Source of the DNA: a virus
Taxonomy: Duplodnaviria > Caudoviricetes
Virus record (IMG/VR): IMGVR_UViG_3300035520_001173
Coordinates: 20,061-84,060 of that record
Direction: 5' to 3' (one strand)
DNA length: 64,000 bases
The notes below the pieces were generated by a model. The model did no database searches, was not told the DNA's origin, and saw only the letters and a program-made list of their open reading frames with translations. This document shows, in pieces, positions 47,192 through 55,450 of the stretch. Both the position numbers and the translations under genes were made by a program. Positions within the stretch are counted from its first letter, which is position 1. Every line of letters begins with the position of its first letter.

Positions 47192-48424
47192 CTATTTGTT
47201 TGCATGTTGCACCATATTTCGATAGGTTTCAGCCCTTAAATCACTTATTACGCCCAAATTATATTTTGAAACAAGTGTATTCTGTAAATTACTCTGTAAT
47301 TTCTTGATTAATGAAGGATTATTAACTAACAGAGTAATATACTTAGCCCAATCACCCTCGGAATTAGGTTTAATTAAAATTGCATTACCTTTTTCATTGA
47401 TGCTACCATCAGAATTAATCATATTGGTTAGGTCTATTTGATATGGGCCGTAATCGGTAGCTATCAAAGCCGTTGTGGAGAAAGCACATTCAATAGCCTT
47501 AAGCTGAGACTTAACCTTGTTAAAGGTTTTTACTTCCAACGGGGCAAAAAGCACATCTATATTATTATAATGTTTGAAATAATGGTCTATATCCTTGGTA
47601 AAACATCTACGGTAGTGTTCATTATTGATATTCGGGTATTCCAAATCAGGAATAAACATATCCAAGAACATTTTATAATCATCAGAGAGAATTTTACCAT
47701 TATTGGTAACCATTTGTTCATATCTATGCCATACCGTCTCTTTTGGTTGCACAGGCCTTGACTTTTGTTCTTTAGTTATGGGGTCTGTATAGAAAACCTT
47801 ACCTTTTAAATCAAAACCACATAAAACTATTTCAATTTTATCAAGCACATCTGTAGGTAATTTTTCAATAAAATTACCCATAGTTTTAAGGTCGTATTCA
47901 TGGGTAGAACCCATAACAAACCCAAATCTTAATTTATCTGATTTAGCCTTGTTAATATGAAAACGTTCATCCGATGGGTCAATAGCATTCGGAAGCACAA
48001 TTACATGCTTATTGTATTTGAAAATCTCTTTAGCAAAGATTGGTGTTGTAGTGGTTACATAATCAAAAATCTTCAAATTGCTTGTGATTACATCGCTAAT
48101 GCCGAATCTTTTATGGAATTGGTACTGAGGGTGGGTGGGAGATAATTCCCAACTATCATCAATATCCATTACAGTCACGGTATTTGTGGTTTTAAGATAG
48201 ACAATGGCTTGAAAAAAAGCCTTCATATCATTAAAAATACCACGATGAACGTGAATAATATCATATTTGGAAAGCTCCTCATGATTATTCCAATCAGGGT
48301 TTACCGAATACTTTATTTCAAACTCATTACCATAATTTTTCGACAGGTATTCATGCGGTTGAAACGAGCGGTAAAAACCTACACCCCCAACAGTATCAGA
48401 CGGTACAACTAAAACTTTTATCAT
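47192..48424 (-). CDS. glycosyltransferase, GT-B fold
   Basis: GGVGFYRSFQP, MDIDDSW, VLPNAID, APL..FNKVKSQLKAIE...ATDYGPY. Confidence 0.8.
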   Translation of the reverse strand: MIKVLVVPSDTVGGVGFYRSFQPHEYLSKNYGNEFEIKYSVNPDWNNHEELSKYDIIHVHRGIFNDMKAFFQAIVYLKTTNTVTVMDIDDSWELSPTHPQYQFHKRFGISDVITSNLKIFDYVTTTTPIFAKEIFKYNKHVIVLPNAIDPSDERFHINKAKSDKLRFGFVMGSTHEYDLKTMGNFIEKLPTDVLDKIEIVLCGFDLKGKVFYTDPITKEQKSRPVQPKETVWHRYEQMVTNNGKILSDDYKMFLDMFIPDLEYPNINNEHYRRCFTKDIDHYFKHYNNIDVLFAPLEVKTFNKVKSQLKAIECAFSTTALIATDYGPYQIDLTNMINSDGSINEKGNAILIKPNSEGDWAKYITLLVNNPSLIKKLQSNLQNTLVSKYNLGVISDLRAETYRNMVQHANK

Positions 48425-48448
48425 TCAGTTTAATTAATAACTAAAAAA

Positions 48449-48477
48449 AATATACATAAGAAAAAATTAAAAGTCAA
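48449..48477 (-). promoter_or_regulatory. putative promoter TTGACT-N17-TATATT
   Basis: Upstream of the start at 48424. Confidence 0.55.
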
Positions 48478-48545
48478 CAAAAAAAAGCTTCTGCCAAAAA
48501 AAAATGACAGAAGCCTAAAAAATACAAAATAGCTAAATTTTTCAA

Positions 48546-49124
48546 TTACGATTCTTTTTTCTTTTTCAGCTTTAACAAGCCTTCATATAAATTACCTTTG
48601 GAGTCTAAAACTTGGATTTTATTACCATTGGAAATCTTGACACCCCTCAAAGTAGATTCATTCAATAAGCTCTCTTTAATTGAAGTAATGTGTTTAGAAA
48701 TACTCTCATCAATCAAATATTTGATGTAATTGTAATCAATTGAAGTATTTGGGGTATAGGAAGTATGTTCATTTAATTGTTGAGGTTGTGCAATGGCAGC
48801 AGGTTTAATTGCTAAATCACTTGCAATAGAATCAAGTATCCCACCTGAAGGGCTATTAATTTGAATAGGCGGAGTCTTCTTAAATGATTCACGAATAGCA
48901 GGAGGCAATTTTTCGAATGCTTCTTCATTAATAAAATCCCGTGAAGAAGGTGTATTGGTAGGTATAGCAAATTGCTCACTTGCCGAAGGCTTTTGAGTCT
49001 TAGGAGTATATATTCGACCTGACTCTTTGGCCGCTCTCTGTTCTACTTTTTCATTGAAATCTTCATTTAGGATTAGAGCTTGCGCTCCTGATATCATTTG
49101 TTTAAATCTTTCTTCTTTGTTCAT
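48546..49124 (-). CDS. hypothetical protein
   Basis: 192 aa with QLNE, LIDES and LLNES motifs. Confidence 0.7.
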   Translation of the reverse strand: MNKEERFKQMISGAQALILNEDFNEKVEQRAAKESGRIYTPKTQKPSASEQFAIPTNTPSSRDFINEEAFEKLPPAIRESFKKTPPIQINSPSGGILDSIASDLAIKPAAIAQPQQLNEHTSYTPNTSIDYNYIKYLIDESISKHITSIKESLLNESTLRGVKISNGNKIQVLDSKGNLYEGLLKLKKKKES

Positions 49125-49944
49125 TGTAGTTTAAATCATTTTCTTCATCATCAATTTCATCTTCCGTAGGCGGTTGATTTATTTCAGTGTCTTTATCTTT
49201 ATACATTGGGCCGTTGTTGGAAGCATTAATATAAGTTGAGTTATTCTGTGCCTCTCCTGGCTCAGTAATCTCAGCATTGTTTTTTCTTACAGGTCCAACA
49301 GTTTGGGCCTCTTGATTATCACCAAAATTGGCAGTTTTAGACATATCATATACCGAACTACCATTACCCCTAAATTGTTTAGCAGCTTCAGAATTTTGCC
49401 ATGCATCAAGGTTTTTCTTAATATAATCAACATTGCTAACGTTAACCGATTTTTTCATATTACGTTTCATATTATAATATGGGTCAGTAGCAACCTTTTC
49501 GATATTGCGCTTTTTATTATAGTTGAAAATATTATCATTCTTTTTACCGTTGAAATTGGCAACAAGATATACTTCAGCCATAGTGTTATCACCTTTGCTA
49601 TTGAATTTAGCGGGGTCATTCCATTGCTCGGCAGGTGGCTCACTAAATTTTCTATTTTTAAGTGGATTCCACTTTTCGATTCTATCCAAACGGAACATTT
49701 TCCAATGCGGGGCCTTTGTTTTAGTATCACCAAAAGGTTGATATGCACGAATAACTAAGTTTCCGCTTTTAGTCTTACCATATGCGACAGGTTGAATTAA
49801 GCGGTAACCAGTTCCCTTCTGTTCGCCACTACCATCGCTGTAATTGATTTCAACCTCGTATCTTTTCTTGATTGCATCAATTACATCAACCTGCCTTGCT
49901 TCCTCTCTAAGTAATGATTTAAGAACTGATTTTAAGTAATCCAT
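49102..49944 (-). CDS. WYL-domain-like protein with head-type leader
   Basis: INY...RLIQPVAYG...VIRAYQ...WKMFRLDRI. Confidence 0.7.
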   Translation of the reverse strand: MDYLKSVLKSLLREEARQVDVIDAIKKRYEVEINYSDGSGEQKGTGYRLIQPVAYGKTKSGNLVIRAYQPFGDTKTKAPHWKMFRLDRIEKWNPLKNRKFSEPPAEQWNDPAKFNSKGDNTMAEVYLVANFNGKKNDNIFNYNKKRNIEKVATDPYYNMKRNMKKSVNVSNVDYIKKNLDAWQNSEAAKQFRGNGSSVYDMSKTANFGDNQEAQTVGPVRKNNAEITEPGEAQNNSTYINASNNGPMYKDKDTEINQPPTEDEIDDEENDLNYNEQRRKI

Positions 49945-49950
49945 CTATCT

Positions 49951-50334
49951 TTAATTTACAGTGTACTGACCGTCTAATACATTTGCACTTGTATCAACAG
50001 AATCAAGGCCATAGGCATTATTTTCGTTGTACAAATTCATAGTTTTGAGTAAGGTTCTGCCACCTACACCATTCCTGCCTTCAATATCATACAAACCACC
50101 ACCATTACGAGTGTCTATATTGCTATAAGAAATCGTAGTGAGAGTTGTTTCACCAGGTAATTTAGCAACACCGAGGGGCACACCCGTACCTTTACCAAGA
50201 GGGTCACCGTCGCTTAATGCGTCAGGGTGATTTTCATTATATTCGGTAGTATCACCATGTTGATAATCGTTATATGAAATAAGGTCTTTTCTCTTTTCTA
50301 AACCTTTAATCTCAAGTCTGCTTTGTTTAGCCAT
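49951..50334 (-). CDS. hypothetical structural protein
   Basis: 127 aa, Gly/Asp-rich. Confidence 0.65.
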   Translation of the reverse strand: MAKQSRLEIKGLEKRKDLISYNDYQHGDTTEYNENHPDALSDGDPLGKGTGVPLGVAKLPGETTLTTISYSNIDTRNGGGLYDIEGRNGVGGRTLLKTMNLYNENNAYGLDSVDTSANVLDGQYTVN

Positions 50335-50375
50335 TTCTATTACAAAATATAAACTAAAATATTTTATTTGTCAAA

Positions 50376-51023
50376 TCATGATTCAAAAGAGAATGTCATG
50401 TCCCCTTGTTTTTGAGTATGGGCTTTTCCATTACCGTATTGTTTTGTACCACCGCTTTTTTGGAAAGCATTTTGAATACCGCATTCTTTTTTGACTTTCT
50501 TAGAGTTGTAGGAATTATTTTTAGCCGCTTTAAGCTTTTGTTGGATTATGCGTTGCAGCTGTTTGCCATTAATTCTTTCGTAACGTTCAGGGTCTTCCTC
50601 CTTCATCTTCTCAAGACGATTGTTTCTTGTATAGGCACAGTTAGCTGTCATATTCTCATCAGACGCCATGTTATTAAGCATCTTGTCATTAGGAGAATCT
50701 GAAGCCACCTGTTTTATACTATTATTAGCTGATTTACCAAGATTAAAACTCTTGCCTAAGTTATCTAAATCTTGGTTTGACTCGGCTAATGTTTGGCTTG
50801 AACGATACATAGTATATTTAGGAGACCTTGATTTAGCAAACCTGTCAGTAGTTACAACATCAGTTGCATCCCCATTAGAAGTTTTATCACTAACAGAGAC
50901 TTCCGTGCCATAAGATATGCTTGATTCTTCACTTGCATAGTTAGCTTTAGGCAAATAGGTTTCAAAATTTTCACCTAATAATGACCTTAATTGGCCTTCA
51001 GTAAAAAGTACTCTTCTCATCAA
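50376..51023 (-). CDS. hypothetical protein with FTEGQL leader
   Basis: MRRVLFTEGQLRSLLGE, LAES. Confidence 0.7.
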   Translation of the reverse strand: MMRRVLFTEGQLRSLLGENFETYLPKANYASEESSISYGTEVSVSDKTSNGDATDVVTTDRFAKSRSPKYTMYRSSQTLAESNQDLDNLGKSFNLGKSANNSIKQVASDSPNDKMLNNMASDENMTANCAYTRNNRLEKMKEEDPERYERINGKQLQRIIQQKLKAAKNNSYNSKKVKKECGIQNAFQKSGGTKQYGNGKAHTQKQGDMTFSFES

Positions 51024-51041
51024 TCGAGGTTACATTTACCT

Positions 51042-51048
51042 ATAAATA
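51042..51048 (-). promoter_or_regulatory. putative late promoter TATTTAT
   Basis: 18 nt upstream of the start at 51023. Confidence 0.5.
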
Positions 51049-51088
51049 GTTTAAATACATAAAAAGAAGCTCTTTTAGCCAACTAAAC

Positions 51089-51095
51089 TATTTAT
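51089..51095 (+). promoter_or_regulatory. putative late promoter TATTTAT
   Basis: 15 nt upstream of ATG 51111. Confidence 0.55.
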
Positions 51096-51110
51096 AGAGA
51101 AAAGCTTTTA

Positions 51111-52733
51111 ATGTCAATTCTAAACAATTATAAGCGCCCAAAAAATTGTCTTGCATTGGTAAAAGATAAGTACTACGACTTCGTACTGTCAAATGATACA
51201 ACGGAGTCTATTAATATATCTGATGCCATGACAACCGATGGATTATGCGGCTATATTGATTTCACTAAAAACGAGTGTGTGAGTGGCAGTACATTTATGT
51301 CGCTCCCAAACTATACATGGGAAGACGCAATCAATAGTGGTGAGACAATGCTTAATGTGGGGTTTACGGGTATAGATAATGGTTTCATAAAGTACAACTC
51401 AAATATATCAGATGTAGAGTTTTACAACATGATAGTTGGCTCAGAATATCGATTAGAACCAAATGATTATAAAATGCATGTATTTCCCGTTAATGGCAAT
51501 ACTGAAACATTCTCCTATGATTATTCATACAAGCCGAATGAATACATCTCACTTTATGGTGGTTTTTTACAAGGTATTTTCAAAGCGTACGGGTATGACT
51601 ATCAAATTCTACCAACAGTGATTGAGGATGCTTTAGAAATCGAATTTGTTTTAAGGCCGAAAGATTACGAGGAACGTTCAAATACATTAAATTCACTTTA
51701 CCCTGAGAATAAAGGCATATTTTTCTATATGGGCACAAGAGCCGAGAATAAATTTGTTGAATTATATGGCGCTGATTTATCCGAATATCCCTATAGAGGG
51801 GTTGTTTCAGCTTCAACAAATGAGTATGTGCATGACTATATAGAGGAATTTATCAATGATAGCAGTTCAACCGCCAATAGTGGCATCACAAGCGAGTTTG
51901 ATTTAAGTGGTACAACGATTTTAGATTCAAATGGCGAAGATATAGCTAAAGAATACCCAAAGGAAGTGGCAACTGACAACAAATTCATAACCTTTAATCA
52001 TACTCCAAGTGGATTTACGGTTAATAACTATTATGAAGATGCTGATGTGGTGATTCAATTTGATAAAAAAGAGGCTAAAGAGAATTTATTCTTATTAATG
52101 AATCACACAAAAACAGGATTGACTGTTAATACAATAAACAAATACATAGAAGAAACTACTTCATTTGATTATGATACCATATCTGATATTCAAAATAACA
52201 GTTTTGCCTTAAAACTGAATGAGGATATGAGTATTGGCTATAGATATCTTGTGAAAGATTGTGATAATGAAAACGGTTATTCTGTAAAAGAGGAAAAAAC
52301 CGTTCCAAATATTATTTCAAAAGATAAATGGAGCGTTATATCGGTTAAAATTAAAATCTTGAATGGAGCTACTGACCAATGTGGAAATCCGTTATCAAAA
52401 AGAAAAATGAAAATCTTCATTTATGTGAATGGCTACTTGAAATTAGTATCTCAAGAATTAGATGAATTTAATTTTAAGGAATTAGATGACAACTATACAA
52501 GACAGGAACTTGTACCGTTTAGTATTTCAATCGGGGGAGGAAGCCAAGGTCTATGCGAAAGCATTAATTTAACAAACCGAGAGCATTTTCAGCGAGTTTT
52601 ACCGATAGAAAAGAATTTTGCAGGAAGCTTTATTGGTGACATACGTTCATTCAAAATATATTCTAAGGACTTACAATATAATGAGATAAAAAATAACTAC
52701 TTACACGAAATTAATAGCTTCAATCATGATTAA
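51111..52733 (+). CDS. structural protein with C-terminal LamG/ConA-like domain
   Basis: KWSVISV...IFIYVNGYL...ISIGGG...FIGDIRSFKIYSKDL. Confidence 0.7.
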   Translation: MSILNNYKRPKNCLALVKDKYYDFVLSNDTTESINISDAMTTDGLCGYIDFTKNECVSGSTFMSLPNYTWEDAINSGETMLNVGFTGIDNGFIKYNSNISDVEFYNMIVGSEYRLEPNDYKMHVFPVNGNTETFSYDYSYKPNEYISLYGGFLQGIFKAYGYDYQILPTVIEDALEIEFVLRPKDYEERSNTLNSLYPENKGIFFYMGTRAENKFVELYGADLSEYPYRGVVSASTNEYVHDYIEEFINDSSSTANSGITSEFDLSGTTILDSNGEDIAKEYPKEVATDNKFITFNHTPSGFTVNNYYEDADVVIQFDKKEAKENLFLLMNHTKTGLTVNTINKYIEETTSFDYDTISDIQNNSFALKLNEDMSIGYRYLVKDCDNENGYSVKEEKTVPNIISKDKWSVISVKIKILNGATDQCGNPLSKRKMKIFIYVNGYLKLVSQELDEFNFKELDDNYTRQELVPFSISIGGGSQGLCESINLTNREHFQRVLPIEKNFAGSFIGDIRSFKIYSKDLQYNEIKNNYLHEINSFNHD

Positions 52734-55365
52734 TGGAAGTGGCATAACAACATATAACCTGAATACCAACATAAATGGTGATATTGCAAAGGGAAGTCCA
52801 TTGACAATCAACGAAATGGACTCAAATTTTGCATTTTTACGTAAGAATGATATTGAGAGGATAGACTATGATTATTCCCAAGATGCTTTCTTATTTACAA
52901 AGGCCAATGGGGAGGTAATTGCAGTTAAAGGCGTTAGAAATTACATTGTAAATGATGTCAAAGACCAAATATCTACGGTCAAAGATTCGCTTGATAATAT
53001 GAATAACCTCGCCGAAAATATCTCAAACTCTCTTGAGGATACATATCTTGAGATAGATAAATCAAAAGACGAGCTTAAGGCATATGTAGATGAGCAAGAT
53101 ACCGTATCTGGTACCAAAATTAGCGAAGTAGAAAAAACAATCAAAAATTATGTTGATTTAGTTAATGATACCAATAGGGCTCTTGTCGAGAGAATTACTG
53201 ATATCGAAGAAAACGTCAGACATATAGATGGCAATTTAAGTGGCTCGACAACTTCCATTAGTGAAATGCTTGAATCACTCACATCACAAGTAAATTTTGA
53301 AATTCAGAAGCTCAAAGCTGTAGATGATACAATAAAAAGTAATATAGCAGCTATTGATACTAATCTAAGTAATACTGTGGTTGTGTTAAGAGATAGGATA
53401 GAGTCTATTGAGCCGCCAATAGCTGAAAGTATTGACGCAATTAACACCGATATTTCTTCTATCAAAAAAGAAATTGAGTCCAATAGGATTTCTATAGACA
53501 ATTCCCTTAATAAAGAGGTGAACAAACTCAATAATAGTATAACAGCAATCAAAGCTGCCAACACTACTGATTTAAACAAGTTGAGCGAAAATCTTGATGC
53601 TAAAATAGACGAAGTATCTCAAAGATTGGAAGATATACAGTCACCTATTGTTGTTAAGTTTAACGATGTAGATGGGCAAATTAAAATTGTTTCCGACAGA
53701 GTAGATTCGAACTATTCCGAAGCAATAGGCTTGATTAGCGAGATAAATTCTTCGTTTGTAAAACAGATAAATCAGATTATAGTATCACATAATTCTCAAA
53801 ATTCCCAAATTGAAGGTGAAATAAATGACTTAAATACCAAAATAGAACGTTTGAATGACGCTATTGCTAACTATAACACCGCTATTAATAACGTTAAGTC
53901 TGATTTAAGTGATAGATATAACGAATTATTGAATTCACTTAACAACCTTGAAGCATCTTTTGATTCTAAATTAAATGGCATTACTGAAAGGGAGAAGAAA
54001 GTTGCAAATGGATTAGTTGGGGCAATAAAAGAGGTTGACACTAAGATAGACGCCTCAATTAAAACCGTAAACTCTGAAATTCAAAAAAATAGCAAATCTA
54101 TAGACTATTTGGAAGATAAAATTGACAAACAAGTTAATGGCTTATATGATTCTTTCTCAGATTTAAGTGATAAAACCGATGAGTACAATTCAAGGGCAAA
54201 CGATTTATATGAATCCCTCAAAGATGATTTAGAAACTAACATTGGCACTATAAATACGGCATTTAGCAGAAGGTTTACTTCAACAGATGCAAGAGTGGAT
54301 GAGTTATCTAATAAGATAGGCAATTTATATGAAGATGAAGAGGTATTCGAACAGAATATTACTAAACAAATAGCCGCCACAGTAAGTAGTCTAACTGCAT
54401 TAGATACAACTATTAATACATTAGCCACAGAACAAAAAGAAAGCATTGATAATCTTTCAAAACTCTCTAACAAACGGTATTCTGAATTGAGGACTTCAAT
54501 AGACGCTAATAAAAAAGATGCAGATACCAACATTGTAGGCATCAAAGCCTCTATTGAACAAACTAATGAGGAGCTTATTGTTTTTGAAAAAGCGCTTGCT
54601 GCCTCAAATAATTCATTTGAGAATCAGATAAACGATTTAAGCGAAAAAATCTCAGATGTAGATAGTAGAATCACTGATACACTTGAATCATTCGAAGATG
54701 AAATCAAATCCACCGATGAAGTATGCAGCGGTAGGGTAAATACATTATCTAAGTCATTAGAGACAAATATAGCTCGTTTAGATAAGTTAATTTCTGCACA
54801 AAATGCTGATTTAGAAGAACTTGATAAAAAAGTAGATAATAATACTGAAACCACAAATACGGCAATTCAAGCATTAATAAAAACAGATGGAGAATTAGAT
54901 ACTAAAATTACCGATAGCTCTAATGTACTTCAAAAAGATTACAATGCTAAAACTTCAATATTAGATAGCAAAATATCCAATCTATCCGATTTTTTTGCAA
55001 ATTATGTTACAAAGTTTACAGATGAAGTTAATATCTTAAAAGAGAAAGACGCAAACCTTGAAACAGTTTCTACTGATGAATTTAAAACTATCAATAAACA
55101 GATAGATGAACTTCAAGAAAGTGTAGTTGACATAAATTCAAGGCTAACAGACTTCTTCGATTCTATGGAGAATGATGTTTCTTCTAATGATGAAAAAGTA
55201 AACAACTGCATTACTACCGTAAACAGTATTAAGGACATTGCAAGTGATATGTCCGATGAGGTAGAGGCTCTTAGAAGTGAAATAGACAATAGAATAAAAG
55301 TTATTAATGCCCGTCTTGATGTGATAGAATACAAGTTAGGGATTTCAACAAAAATAGAGGACTAA
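52726..55365 (+). CDS. very long coiled-coil fibre/whisker-like protein
   Basis: KGSPLTINEMDSNF N-terminus followed by ~800 residues of heptad pattern with RhxxhE motifs. Confidence 0.75.
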   Translation: MINGSGITTYNLNTNINGDIAKGSPLTINEMDSNFAFLRKNDIERIDYDYSQDAFLFTKANGEVIAVKGVRNYIVNDVKDQISTVKDSLDNMNNLAENISNSLEDTYLEIDKSKDELKAYVDEQDTVSGTKISEVEKTIKNYVDLVNDTNRALVERITDIEENVRHIDGNLSGSTTSISEMLESLTSQVNFEIQKLKAVDDTIKSNIAAIDTNLSNTVVVLRDRIESIEPPIAESIDAINTDISSIKKEIESNRISIDNSLNKEVNKLNNSITAIKAANTTDLNKLSENLDAKIDEVSQRLEDIQSPIVVKFNDVDGQIKIVSDRVDSNYSEAIGLISEINSSFVKQINQIIVSHNSQNSQIEGEINDLNTKIERLNDAIANYNTAINNVKSDLSDRYNELLNSLNNLEASFDSKLNGITEREKKVANGLVGAIKEVDTKIDASIKTVNSEIQKNSKSIDYLEDKIDKQVNGLYDSFSDLSDKTDEYNSRANDLYESLKDDLETNIGTINTAFSRRFTSTDARVDELSNKIGNLYEDEEVFEQNITKQIAATVSSLTALDTTINTLATEQKESIDNLSKLSNKRYSELRTSIDANKKDADTNIVGIKASIEQTNEELIVFEKALAASNNSFENQINDLSEKISDVDSRITDTLESFEDEIKSTDEVCSGRVNTLSKSLETNIARLDKLISAQNADLEELDKKVDNNTETTNTAIQALIKTDGELDTKITDSSNVLQKDYNAKTSILDSKISNLSDFFANYVTKFTDEVNILKEKDANLETVSTDEFKTINKQIDELQESVVDINSRLTDFFDSMENDVSSNDEKVNNCITTVNSIKDIASDMSDEVEALRSEIDNRIKVINARLDVIEYKLGISTKIED

Positions 55366-55380
55366 CAGAAAAAATGATGT

Positions 55381-55420
55381 AAAAAACGAGTGGCCGAAAT
55401 TAATCAGTCACTCGTTTTGA
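55381..55420. terminator. bidirectional terminator
   Basis: AAAACGAGTGG/TCACTCGTTTT stem between convergent genes. Confidence 0.75.
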
Positions 55421-55450
55421 TTTTAATATATGTTACAAAAAGAATAGGTT

